Source: Escherichia phage ESCO5. Taken from it: a DNA stretch of 64,000 nucleotides. Position numbers and translations under genes: made by a program. Positions 45,986 through 56,237 of this stretch are shown here, in pieces (position 1 is the first letter of the stretch; each line of letters starts with the position of its first letter). The stretch lies in the sequence record NC_047776.2, one strand, 5' to 3'. The notes below the pieces were generated by a model that did no database searches, was not told where the DNA came from, and saw only the letters and a program-made list of their open reading frames with translations.

Positions 45986-48861
45986 TGTCAAGAGTTAAGC
46001 ACAATATTGACAACACGTTTCAGTTGATTGAAGGGTTGGTTCAGTTTTTGGAAAGAAATACTGGGCTTACCATAGATCCTACGGTTCAGCATTACATTAT
46101 CAACCCACAAAACGTATTGGCGAACAACAGACACTTTATTAACTGGACAGCGCAGGAAGGGCAACCAAACGGTGACGCTACTACCGAAGGTCAATCTGTG
46201 CTTATCACTGGTTTTGCTTATGCATATTTGGCTACAGGGGATAAAAAATATCTTGAATCTGCCGAGAAGTATTGGCAAGCCTATATAGATCACTTCTTCG
46301 GGGGCCAACCTATTCCTGATCCTCCAGCTAAATATCGTCCCAACTGGATCATCAATGGTAAAGAACCACGTTTAGCACATTACCCTCTCACAGATGATGG
46401 GTATCCTACGCACGGCGGGTTCAAAGGTAGCATGATGACTTGGATTAACGGAAGGACTGTTATTCCTAAAGGTGCACCGCATTGGGGGGAATACTTAGAT
46501 AAAGCTTGGTTTGCTTTCAATGGCAATCTTGGTTGGAACTCCGTTAACGCAACAGTTTATGCAACTAACCCAGATGGTTCAACTAACTGGAAAGAATATG
46601 GAGATCAGTGGGATGTTGAATGGATTATAGATCGTCTAGGACGTAAAGTTGATTGGGATGGTAACATCTTATCTACAGGTCACAGCTTTGCAGAATATGG
46701 AACAGTGCAACTTAAAAATGCTTCTGTGAACGGTGACTATAAATTCAACTACGCTACATGCAACCCTGTAGAACACGGTGGATATCTGCTTAAGCGTAAT
46801 GAGATGTGGCATAACCGTCCTGTAAACGTTCCGGTAGAATTAGGTTATCAAGATAATGCTTCCGATGCGGAAACGTGGTGGTGTGATGCAAACTACTTGA
46901 TGTATCAGATCACAGGAGAGAGAAAATACTGGCTTTGCTGGCAATCTTCTTTATTGCTGTGTCAAGACTACTCAAACATTGATATGTTTGATAAATTCTT
47001 CCGTAGATCTACGACAGCAATAATTCCTTTTACAGATGGTATCTCTTATGATTACTCATACCCATCTACAGCAATACCTAAATACTCTCGTGACGAATTA
47101 GGATACACAGTAATTCGACAAGATGTTGCAGCCCAAACAACTCTAGAACAACAGGCAGTTTGGTTCAGAGTGGATCAGAATTCAAAACTGCGTATTGAGT
47201 TTCAAGGTGTAGATGATGCAGGGGAAGGTATTCTTTTCCGTCCAGAGTTAGAATTAAGCAAGACTAAGAGTGAAACAGACACAGTGACATATCGTTGTGG
47301 CTTACCTCTTGGTGCAGCTAATATGACTAAGATGGATATACCTTTATCTAGTTTTATGCGCACCGAACCTCCTGGAGGTGGTGTATATATTATTGCTGAA
47401 CCTAGAATCATTGTTGACTGGGGAAGCAATACTGTGATACAATATAAATATGCAACTGGTATTGCTGGGACAAATAGTGATCAGATAGTTTCTGCTAATA
47501 TGGATTCAGATGGTGGTTTTACTGTTGGGTTTTGGTTAACACCAACTAAAACAGCCAATTTAAAATCTATTACGTATCGTTCATACGCAGATGATTTTAA
47601 CATCACTATTACGGATTCCGCAGGTTGGAGATGGTGGGCCATGTTAGAAAAAACAAATTCTACATGGGTTACTAAAGCTTTAAGTCCTGCTGATTTCAAA
47701 TTAAGTACTTGGCAACCTAATCACGATGACACAGAGACAAAACCTTCGTCAATAAACCTGACTGCTATTGATCAGATCAATATTGCATTGGATTCTGAAC
47801 CTGCAAATGGCTTGACAGGGGCAATCGATTTTTATTGCGTTAACGATATCCCATCTTTGTATTCTTCAGCCACTGGTGATGACTACACAATGTATTTCAG
47901 GGTTACAGTTTCATCTGAAAATCCTTATACAGCAAAACTTGGAGATTGTACAATACTGGACTACAAACTTGACAGTTTGAATTATACTCCAGGAATCATT
48001 CCATTTTCTAATATTAGCGATCCTAACACAGCATTATATGACGGTTGGCGCGGTATTCCTTACCCAGGTTATCAATACCCATCCTTATATTGTTTTAAAG
48101 GGAGAGATATTGATTGGGTTCGTATGAACAACAGTATAGACTTTTTATATGATTCACAAATGTGGTTTTATAATAAGTTTGCCCCTGTGATGCCTGGGCC
48201 AATGGCACAAGCTTATGTTTGGGATCGTTGGGATGCTCATAAATACGGAAACAAGAATGAGTTCACAATGTATCATTGGAACGATAAAGCTTGGGATGGG
48301 TATGAAGCACGAGCATTCTTCTGTGCGTGTCATACAGTATACGAACTTAAACAACGAGGAGCAGAAGTTCCTGAAAAACTTTTAACAGTTTGTAAAAACT
48401 GGATCAACTATCTGAAGTGGTTCCAAGACAACAACGAAGGAAGAACACCAACAATATTTTATCCCAATGGAGAAGTGGCAGCGCCTGTAGATGACTTTAC
48501 AAGTCACATGTCTGCGCTCTTTATGGCAGGATGTGCTATAATGGGGATGGCTGGATATGATTCAGAAATTCCTAACATTAAAATAGTAGCAGACCGCTGT
48601 TTTGAACTTATTCAGGAAAATTATATTGTTCTTGGTCCTAATCATGTTATGAATGGCTGTTGGAGTTCCGCTCCTAGACCAGATAGTGATAACGGAGTCT
48701 TCTTTGGCTTCCACGCTGGAGAGTTGTTACGTGGTTTTGGGTTGTATGCTTTATACAAAAAACTTAATCCCCAAAATGCATTACCTGTTTTGGATTCGAG
48801 CAATATTCCTGCACTTACTGTTTTGACAATGGCAAACATTAGTGTGGACGTTACCGAGTAA
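45985..48861 (+). CDS. large tail-associated protein, possible glycoside hydrolase-like domain
   Basis: 958 aa; segments GFAYAYLATGDKKYLESAEKYWQAY and WDGYEARAFFCACHTVYEL resemble alpha/alpha-barrel glycosidase patterns (weak). Confidence 0.35.
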   Translation: MSRVKHNIDNTFQLIEGLVQFLERNTGLTIDPTVQHYIINPQNVLANNRHFINWTAQEGQPNGDATTEGQSVLITGFAYAYLATGDKKYLESAEKYWQAYIDHFFGGQPIPDPPAKYRPNWIINGKEPRLAHYPLTDDGYPTHGGFKGSMMTWINGRTVIPKGAPHWGEYLDKAWFAFNGNLGWNSVNATVYATNPDGSTNWKEYGDQWDVEWIIDRLGRKVDWDGNILSTGHSFAEYGTVQLKNASVNGDYKFNYATCNPVEHGGYLLKRNEMWHNRPVNVPVELGYQDNASDAETWWCDANYLMYQITGERKYWLCWQSSLLLCQDYSNIDMFDKFFRRSTTAIIPFTDGISYDYSYPSTAIPKYSRDELGYTVIRQDVAAQTTLEQQAVWFRVDQNSKLRIEFQGVDDAGEGILFRPELELSKTKSETDTVTYRCGLPLGAANMTKMDIPLSSFMRTEPPGGGVYIIAEPRIIVDWGSNTVIQYKYATGIAGTNSDQIVSANMDSDGGFTVGFWLTPTKTANLKSITYRSYADDFNITITDSAGWRWWAMLEKTNSTWVTKALSPADFKLSTWQPNHDDTETKPSSINLTAIDQINIALDSEPANGLTGAIDFYCVNDIPSLYSSATGDDYTMYFRVTVSSENPYTAKLGDCTILDYKLDSLNYTPGIIPFSNISDPNTALYDGWRGIPYPGYQYPSLYCFKGRDIDWVRMNNSIDFLYDSQMWFYNKFAPVMPGPMAQAYVWDRWDAHKYGNKNEFTMYHWNDKAWDGYEARAFFCACHTVYELKQRGAEVPEKLLTVCKNWINYLKWFQDNNEGRTPTIFYPNGEVAAPVDDFTSHMSALFMAGCAIMGMAGYDSEIPNIKIVADRCFELIQENYIVLGPNHVMNGCWSSAPRPDSDNGVFFGFHAGELLRGFGLYALYKKLNPQNALPVLDSSNIPALTVLTMANISVDVTE

Positions 48862-48869
48862 GGGGTAAA

Positions 48870-51023
48870 ATGAAACAAGCTATATTTACTGTCACGCGAG
48901 ACAAGAGAGTAAATGCGAGTTCATTTAACTACACGACTGTTGATGGAACAGCAGTCGCTGGTAGAGATTATATTGCAAAATCGGGAACACTTGTGTTCCC
49001 TGATGATGCTGATTCTGCTACCATTGTGGTTGAAGTATTTGAACGACCAAAGAACTCAATAGATCTTAACTTCTCCCTCCAAGTTTCAGGGATTAGTCAA
49101 AATAACATGATGGTTGAAACGACCATCAACTGTATTATAACTACGATTCAAGAAAATACTACTCCAATAACTTGGACTACAAAAGACGTTAAAATGTTCT
49201 CTCCTATGTATTGGACAATAGATTCTCAAGCAACGGAAAGTTGTTCTATTGTATCTCATGGAGACTCTTTTACTGCAAGATTTGTAAACAGAACAACAGC
49301 AGGTTTGGCAGGGGTTATCTGGAGCACAGTTGACAAATATGACCATAAAGGTGTTGGGTATTTACCCCACACAGATTTAAGTTCAGAGAAACTTTGGTTT
49401 AAAATGGAAGTTAGTCAAAACATGCCAGGTTTTAAAGAAGAACCTTTGGTGCCAACTTTGACTGTAACTCTCTTGGATAAAAGTGTCCACTATGTTAGTT
49501 TAGGATTTTATGCTTCAGATATTTCAGAAGATGGTAAAACAGCTACAATCAAACTAGATTTTGGTAATATCTTCTCTGGTCCTAATAATGATATTCCTTT
49601 GGACATGAGTGCTGTAGATAATATTTTCTTCTCTTTGATTACAGCAAGGTATGAAGAAATAGAAGAGATTGTACCTATTGATAGTCAAGAGGCTTGGTTT
49701 ACTTTCACTCTTCTTGAACCTACTTCTGGTTATAGTATGATGAAAGTCAGTAACCTTGTCCAGCCTGAACATGATATTCGCATGTGCACATCTTATGACG
49801 ATATGTATAACCTGACTCCAGAGAGAGTTATTTATAATACATATGCGCTAGGTTATCGTGGAATGATTAACCATTACAACGGAATGTCTCACTATTATGA
49901 GTTCTCATGGAACGGAACATCTTGGGCTTTAAATAGATCTGTCTTCCTGAATCCAGCTACAGAAGCTTGGCTAAATAGTTTCCATTCTATAGCGAACGAG
50001 AAGGGTTACACAATAATGAACTCTTTAAGTTTTGAGTTGATGAGCACAGTTTGTCCTGTAGAATGGGTCCAGCATGATTGGAACGATGCTCTTGCAGCAA
50101 CAGGGTATGAGCCTCCTAGTTACGTGTTGTCTCCAACTATTGACGAAGGTATGAAATATTTGCAAAATGTTATTAATAAAATAGCATCTATTTCGCAAGC
50201 TAATAATATTCCAGTTGTCATTCAAATTGGTGAGCCTTGGTGGTGGTATAATACAGCGAGTAAAATGCCTTGTATATACGATTACACTACTAAACTAGCA
50301 TTCAACACAGAAACAGGTTTATTTGCACAAGATGTAGGAACAATAGATAATTATAAAACAGGAACACCGTTTGACGAATACTATGCATTTTTGTCTCGTA
50401 AACTAGGATTAAGAGTTGCAAAGTTTGCAACAGATACTAGATTAGCCTATCCTGGAGCTAAAGTTACATTATTACCATTTGTGCCATCCATTTTAGGTAA
50501 CGGTATGATGGAGTTTGTTAACTTCCCTAAAGATTATTATATCCCAGAAAACTTCGACTTTTATTGTTCAGAGTGTTATGACTGGTTGTTGGAAGGTAAG
50601 ATGGAAAAATCTTTTGACGCTATCACAATACCTAATGAACAATTAGGTTTTAGTTATGATAAGATACATTATCTTGCAGGTTTTGTTCCAGATGCTACTC
50701 TTGCACCTTTGTATAGCTTTGATCCTGAATCAAACTACCGCACGTATCTTTGGAAAATGATTATAGGTAACATAGTGTTGAACGCCAATAAGTTCAATGG
50801 ACTTACACAATATATATGGGCCTATCCTCAAATAATGCACGATTCTATCACGGTAGTTAATTCTCAATCCCAAGTTTTCTATATGGGTAACGTGCCTTTG
50901 AACGTTTATTTACAGGATATCACTCTTAAACAGGTAAATGTTGAGATTGCCACCATAAGTGGAATTACATTAGCCACTAAATCTGGAGAAGATTTAGTAA
51001 CAACACAAAAATTTTATATATAG
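48870..51023 (+). CDS. tail fibre / baseplate-associated protein (putative)
   Basis: 717-aa ORF in the fibre cluster. Confidence 0.35.
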   Translation: MKQAIFTVTRDKRVNASSFNYTTVDGTAVAGRDYIAKSGTLVFPDDADSATIVVEVFERPKNSIDLNFSLQVSGISQNNMMVETTINCIITTIQENTTPITWTTKDVKMFSPMYWTIDSQATESCSIVSHGDSFTARFVNRTTAGLAGVIWSTVDKYDHKGVGYLPHTDLSSEKLWFKMEVSQNMPGFKEEPLVPTLTVTLLDKSVHYVSLGFYASDISEDGKTATIKLDFGNIFSGPNNDIPLDMSAVDNIFFSLITARYEEIEEIVPIDSQEAWFTFTLLEPTSGYSMMKVSNLVQPEHDIRMCTSYDDMYNLTPERVIYNTYALGYRGMINHYNGMSHYYEFSWNGTSWALNRSVFLNPATEAWLNSFHSIANEKGYTIMNSLSFELMSTVCPVEWVQHDWNDALAATGYEPPSYVLSPTIDEGMKYLQNVINKIASISQANNIPVVIQIGEPWWWYNTASKMPCIYDYTTKLAFNTETGLFAQDVGTIDNYKTGTPFDEYYAFLSRKLGLRVAKFATDTRLAYPGAKVTLLPFVPSILGNGMMEFVNFPKDYYIPENFDFYCSECYDWLLEGKMEKSFDAITIPNEQLGFSYDKIHYLAGFVPDATLAPLYSFDPESNYRTYLWKMIIGNIVLNANKFNGLTQYIWAYPQIMHDSITVVNSQSQVFYMGNVPLNVYLQDITLKQVNVEIATISGITLATKSGEDLVTTQKFYI

Positions 51024-51031
51024 GAGTAAAA

Positions 51032-53797
51032 ATGTCAACTACAATTACTAATTTACCCGAAACATCAAAAGTTAATGGTTCTGATTACCTGGTTTTAGAC
51101 CAACCTGATAAGACTGTTAAAAGCACAGTTTCCAACTTTCTTACTGACACTGGGGTGGTTTTAGCCACCCAGTTAAAAGATATTTCTGGAGCTACCAAGT
51201 ACCCAGAACTTCAAATGTCACGCTGGAGAGATGAAGGTGATCCTAGAGGATGGGGAGCAGTAGGTGACGGAGCAACAGACGATACCAATGCCATAACACA
51301 GCTTCTTGCTGCTATGCCTGATGGATGGATTATTGATGGGCGTAATCTCACTTTCAAGGTTACAACACTACCAGATATAAGCAAGTTTAAAAACGCTGCT
51401 TTTGTTTACGAGCGTATTGTTGGACAACCCCTTACTTATGTATCTGAAGGTTTCTTCGATGGAAATCTGACAAAGATTACGGATACACCATTTTACAATG
51501 CTTGGACGCAAGATAAGACGTTTGTTTATGACAATGTTATATATGCACCATTTATGGCTGGCGAACGTCATGGTGTACAAAACCTCCATGTAGCGTGGGT
51601 TAAATCAGGAGATGATGGACAAACTTGGTCTATGCCAGAATGGTTAACTCCAATTCATCCTGATTATAATGCCTCTTCAGCAAACAAAGTTAACTATCAT
51701 TGTATGAGTATGGGCGTATGTGGTAATCGCCTATATGCAGTCATCGAAACCCGTTATTTATCTAACATGCGATTGAAGAAAGCAGAACTTTGGTCACGTC
51801 CAATGCCTTATTATAGAAGGCCAACTGGAGGTATAACAATTAGTTCTGGGTCTACTACGGCGACGATTGTTTTAGAAAAGCATGGTCTTAAAGTTGGAGA
51901 TGCTGTTAACTTTTCCAATTCAGGTGCAACTGGTGTATCTGGAAATATGACTGTTGCATCTGTAATTAACAAGGATACATTTACTGTTACATTAGCGAGT
52001 GCTGCCACATCTAATATAGATAATACAGGAACTACTTGGCATTTTGGAACACGTTTCTGGGATAGCCCTTGGGAAATTACAGAATTACCAGATGTTGCCT
52101 ATTCTACTAATGCAGACTTATGTGTTACAGAAACCCATAGTTTTACAGTTATAGATGATGATAATTACACTTTTGCTGTGGGTTATCACAATGGTGATGT
52201 TTCCCCAAGAAGATTAGGTATTTTGTATTTCAATAATGCTTACTCTGACCCAAGTTCTTTTACTCGTAGAACAATTAGTCAAGAATATGCTGACAATGCA
52301 GCAGAACCCTGCATTAAATATTATGATGGAATTTTATATTTAACTACTAGGGGTACTTCAACTTCTGCTGCTGGTTCTACATTAGCAATGAGTGCTGACC
52401 TTGGAGAAAACTGGAATTACTTAAGATTTCCTAACAACGTTCATCATACAAACCTACCATTTGCAAAAGTTGGTAACTACCTTTATATCTTTGGTACAGA
52501 ACGTTCATTTGGAGAATGGGAAGGAGAAGAACTAGATAATAGATATAAAGGTACGTATCCTCGAACGTTTATGTGCAAGATTAATGTATCTGCATGGCCT
52601 GCATCTTTATCCGATGTTCAATGGTTTAATATCACCGATCAGATGTATCAAGGGCATATTGTTAATTCTGCATGTGGTGTTGGTTCGGTATGTGTTAAAG
52701 ATGGTTGGTTATATTATATCTTTGGAGGCGAAGATTTCTTATCTCCTTGGTCTATTGGGGATAATAGTAAAAAATTATGGTACAAGCACGATGGTCATCC
52801 AGCCGATTTATATAGCTATAGACTAAAGATTACCGAACATGATTTTGTATCACGTGATTTCAAATATGGAGCTACGCCAAACCGTACATTGCCTGTATCT
52901 ATGGGTACAGATGGGGTAAGGCATGTCTCAGCCCCTGTAACTTTTGATAATGATGTGCAAGTACACTCTTTAACAGTTACTGGTCTTGAGCATGATGGGA
53001 CACAACAATCTGCCGTTAGAATAAAATTAGATGGTGATTATGGGGTTGTTGCAAAAAATGTCCCAATAAAAAATCCTTCTGAACAGCGACTAATCTTATG
53101 TGGAGGAGAAACTCCTTACGTTACTGATGGATCGCTATTACAACTATATGGTTCAAACCATACGTATCCAAACAGAGCAGTTTTATATGCCCCAGGAGGA
53201 GCATATACCCAAAATAATTTCATGCCATATTTAGATGGACAAGTTGCATTAGGTGGTGCATCTAACAGATGGTCAGAAGTGTACGCATCTACAGGAACCA
53301 TTAATACTTCAGATGGAACATTAAAAACTAAACCTACAGAGATTGAAGATATTTTACTGAAAGCGTGGGAAGATATTCATGTAATCTCTTATCAATGGCT
53401 GAGTGCTATCGCGGAGAAAGGAGATTCTGCGCGTATTCATTTTGGTGTTATAGCTCAAGATGTAAGAGATATTCTGATTAATTATGGTTTAATGGATGAA
53501 AATAGCACTGATTGTAAGTATGCTTTTCTGTGTTATGATGAATACCCTGCTATGTACGATAGTGTTGTTACGGGACAAAAAGAAATCCCTTTATTTGATG
53601 ATGAAGGGAATGTTGTAATTGATGAAGAAGGTAATCCAGTAACAATCGTAGAAGATGTTGTAGAAACTATCGAAATAATTCCAGCAGGATCGCGATGGGG
53701 TATCCGCGCTGACCAAATGTTTTTTATTGAGATGGCTTATCAACGTAAAAAGTTAAAAGCTCTTGAAGAAAGACTTGCAACCCTGGAAAGTAAATAA
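51032..53797 (+). CDS. tailspike/tail fibre with N-terminal beta-helix motif and C-terminal S74-type intramolecular chaperone domain
   Basis: 921 aa; GAVGDGATDDTNAI near N-terminus; C-terminal ~150 aa with HFGVIAQDV and coiled-coil end, like self-cleaving fibre chaperone domains. Confidence 0.55.
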   Translation: MSTTITNLPETSKVNGSDYLVLDQPDKTVKSTVSNFLTDTGVVLATQLKDISGATKYPELQMSRWRDEGDPRGWGAVGDGATDDTNAITQLLAAMPDGWIIDGRNLTFKVTTLPDISKFKNAAFVYERIVGQPLTYVSEGFFDGNLTKITDTPFYNAWTQDKTFVYDNVIYAPFMAGERHGVQNLHVAWVKSGDDGQTWSMPEWLTPIHPDYNASSANKVNYHCMSMGVCGNRLYAVIETRYLSNMRLKKAELWSRPMPYYRRPTGGITISSGSTTATIVLEKHGLKVGDAVNFSNSGATGVSGNMTVASVINKDTFTVTLASAATSNIDNTGTTWHFGTRFWDSPWEITELPDVAYSTNADLCVTETHSFTVIDDDNYTFAVGYHNGDVSPRRLGILYFNNAYSDPSSFTRRTISQEYADNAAEPCIKYYDGILYLTTRGTSTSAAGSTLAMSADLGENWNYLRFPNNVHHTNLPFAKVGNYLYIFGTERSFGEWEGEELDNRYKGTYPRTFMCKINVSAWPASLSDVQWFNITDQMYQGHIVNSACGVGSVCVKDGWLYYIFGGEDFLSPWSIGDNSKKLWYKHDGHPADLYSYRLKITEHDFVSRDFKYGATPNRTLPVSMGTDGVRHVSAPVTFDNDVQVHSLTVTGLEHDGTQQSAVRIKLDGDYGVVAKNVPIKNPSEQRLILCGGETPYVTDGSLLQLYGSNHTYPNRAVLYAPGGAYTQNNFMPYLDGQVALGGASNRWSEVYASTGTINTSDGTLKTKPTEIEDILLKAWEDIHVISYQWLSAIAEKGDSARIHFGVIAQDVRDILINYGLMDENSTDCKYAFLCYDEYPAMYDSVVTGQKEIPLFDDEGNVVIDEEGNPVTIVEDVVETIEIIPAGSRWGIRADQMFFIEMAYQRKKLKALEERLATLESK

Positions 53798-53825
53798 TAC
53801 CGCTTAGGCGGTATTTCAATCTTTA
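53798..53825 (+). terminator. rho-independent terminator
   Basis: ACCGC-TTAG-GCGGT followed by T-rich run. Confidence 0.5.
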
Positions 53826-53845
53826 TATCTCACTTAGAGGTACTC

Positions 53846-54109
53846 ATGGTTAAAGAGAAAAACGGTTTTAAAAAATTTATTCGCGGAATGTTCTGCACTT
53901 ACCCCGGCAACGGGGTAAGCTCTACGAAAGTCTGGAACGCTGTAGGCATGTCGGTTATGACAGGCATGTTTATCTTTTTAGGAATAGAAAAAGAAATTCC
54001 TGAATGGATGGGTTGGGCTTTTGTTTTCATGATAACCCCTTCTCGCCTCATGAAAAATCTTATTGATTTACGTTGGGGCAGATCACAATCTACCAAAGAG
54101 GATGACTAA
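53846..54109 (+). CDS. small membrane protein
   Basis: 87 aa; two hydrophobic segments (VMTGMFIFLGI, WAFVFMI). Confidence 0.35.
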   Translation: MVKEKNGFKKFIRGMFCTYPGNGVSSTKVWNAVGMSVMTGMFIFLGIEKEIPEWMGWAFVFMITPSRLMKNLIDLRWGRSQSTKEDD

Positions 54110-55596
54110 TGGACGAATATGGTTTGACAGATGCGGGATTTGTAATCCCGACTTTTGACGATGTTTTAAACAACTACATGACAGCAGTAAAAAACACATT
54201 TGGTGCAGATGCAGCCACTTCGGAAGATACTGTGATCGGACAACTGTTTAGAATAATTGCATACACAGATTACACATTGTGGGAAGGTATGCAAGGGGTT
54301 TATAATACTCAAACACTGGATGGTGCAGAAGGTATTTATCTTGACGAAATCTTTTCTAAACGTGGTTTCTATCGAGCAGGGGCAGCAGCAAGTACAGGTT
54401 ATGCATATGTTAAAAGTAATAACAAAGCAGCTTGGACTTACGAGTTAGGCACAGATATTTACTTCAACTCTGATAGCGATATGAACTACTATGTTAGCAC
54501 ACCAACTATGTTGAATGCTAAGATTGCAGCTTATCAAATTTCTCGTGCTAATGCCACTGCTACAGGTGTTCCAAATATTACTTTTTATGCACAAAGTGCG
54601 ATAGATGGAGGACTAAACAGTAAAACACTTGCACCTGGTTCTTCTACATTTATAGCCGATCTTGAAACTTTTATCAAGGCAAACTTAACAGAGGCTGATC
54701 GTAGTCTTGTATTTTCTGATTCTGGTAACTTGTCAATTGGTTTTACTTCTTTAACCAGTGATACTCCAGTGGGACTAGTAACTCCTATCAAATTTTATGC
54801 TAGTGTTCCAGTTGGAACCAAATGGAGTGAAATTCCGGTAGTTGCAGCAGAGAAAGGATACAATCCGGTGGGTGTGGAGTCTATTACAGGGATATCTTCT
54901 ACCTTTACAGGTTATCTTGATAGTGGTAACTTCTATTCGTTTTCTCCTGGTCGAGATGTTGAGACAGATGCAGAATTCCGCTCTCGTTTCAATGACAACG
55001 TTGACGAAGCTAACGCAGGGACACGAGCAGCTATTGTGAAAGCTCTGTTACTTACAGATGGTGTTACTAAGGTGAAGATTTATGATAACCCTACGTTACA
55101 TGATCAAGAACATGCTCCAGCTATGACTTTCCAGACTATAGTCTATGGAGGGAGTGCTGAAGAAGTTGCTGAAGTTATTTACAAAACTAAACCAATCAAC
55201 AGTTTGACACATGGAACAACTAACATAACTGTTACAACGGAAGACGGAGGACAAGAAATTATTCGTTTTTCTCCTGGTGCTTCTGCTACGTATTCCGTAA
55301 AACTTGTTTATCAAACTGTCAACGGAACAACTTTAAGTGGAACAGAAAAACAAAACATTGTAGAAGCTTTACAAAACCTGCAAGCTTACTTTGAATTAGG
55401 TTCTTCAGTAACGAACGATCAAATCAAAGGTGTTATTTATGCAGCACTTGCTTTTGGACGCTTGACTTCTCTTCGTGTTTATGTTAAACTTAATACTGAG
55501 GATGACAGTAAATATACAGAGAATAATATAGTTCCTGCTTATAATGTTGTCCCTTCTTTTGACCTTGATAACATTTCTTACGAGTATGGAGTGTAA
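54109..55596 (+). CDS. baseplate J-like protein (putative)
   Basis: 495 aa; N-terminal YGLTDAGFVIPTFDDVL pattern. Confidence 0.4.
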   Translation: MDEYGLTDAGFVIPTFDDVLNNYMTAVKNTFGADAATSEDTVIGQLFRIIAYTDYTLWEGMQGVYNTQTLDGAEGIYLDEIFSKRGFYRAGAAASTGYAYVKSNNKAAWTYELGTDIYFNSDSDMNYYVSTPTMLNAKIAAYQISRANATATGVPNITFYAQSAIDGGLNSKTLAPGSSTFIADLETFIKANLTEADRSLVFSDSGNLSIGFTSLTSDTPVGLVTPIKFYASVPVGTKWSEIPVVAAEKGYNPVGVESITGISSTFTGYLDSGNFYSFSPGRDVETDAEFRSRFNDNVDEANAGTRAAIVKALLLTDGVTKVKIYDNPTLHDQEHAPAMTFQTIVYGGSAEEVAEVIYKTKPINSLTHGTTNITVTTEDGGQEIIRFSPGASATYSVKLVYQTVNGTTLSGTEKQNIVEALQNLQAYFELGSSVTNDQIKGVIYAALAFGRLTSLRVYVKLNTEDDSKYTENNIVPAYNVVPSFDLDNISYEYGV

Positions 55597-55598
55597 AA

Positions 55599-56228
55599 AT
55601 GGCAGTGAGTGTTGACCATGTAACAACTTGGGCCAGTATCAATGAAGATGTTAAAAACCTTCTGATTGAAGATTTTAAATCTTCTCCTAACATTGTCAAG
55701 CTCCTCTACATCGTATCCAGTGAAAAGCAAAAGATAGATCAGGCAATGATCTATCTTGCTAAACACCGCTTGATCTCCACAGCCACAGGCAAATACCTAG
55801 ATATCTTAGGAGAAGAAATGGGGATCGAACGTAATGGCTCTGATGATGAAGAGTATAGAACAATATTAAAAATCAGGGCTTACCGCGTAGCCTCATCGGG
55901 GACTCGTGGTGACATAATTGATATCTTCGCCCGTTTCACAGGAACAGAGCGTGAAACGCTTAATACTTACGTAGGTTTGAATAAAACCTTTGATGTGTTT
56001 TTCTACAACCTGTGTCTTCAATCTGATCAAGCTTTAGAGCAGTTGCTAAGTGTTTTCCCTATTATTAGTAGCTACCGTCTTGGAGCAAAAGCAGGATCAG
56101 CTTTTGGTTTTAGTTCTTATTATGCTGCCAAACCGCCTCATGGTATTGGTGGTTTAGGTTCCCTGTACATGGAATCTACTGGGGATGAAACAGGACGCAT
56201 GTGTACGCTTCTCAAGCAAATAGATTAA
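55599..56228 (+). CDS. baseplate/tail fibre-associated protein (putative)
   Basis: 209-aa ORF. Confidence 0.35.
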   Translation: MAVSVDHVTTWASINEDVKNLLIEDFKSSPNIVKLLYIVSSEKQKIDQAMIYLAKHRLISTATGKYLDILGEEMGIERNGSDDEEYRTILKIRAYRVASSGTRGDIIDIFARFTGTERETLNTYVGLNKTFDVFFYNLCLQSDQALEQLLSVFPIISSYRLGAKAGSAFGFSSYYAAKPPHGIGGLGSLYMESTGDETGRMCTLLKQID

Positions 56229-56237
56229 GGAGTTTAA

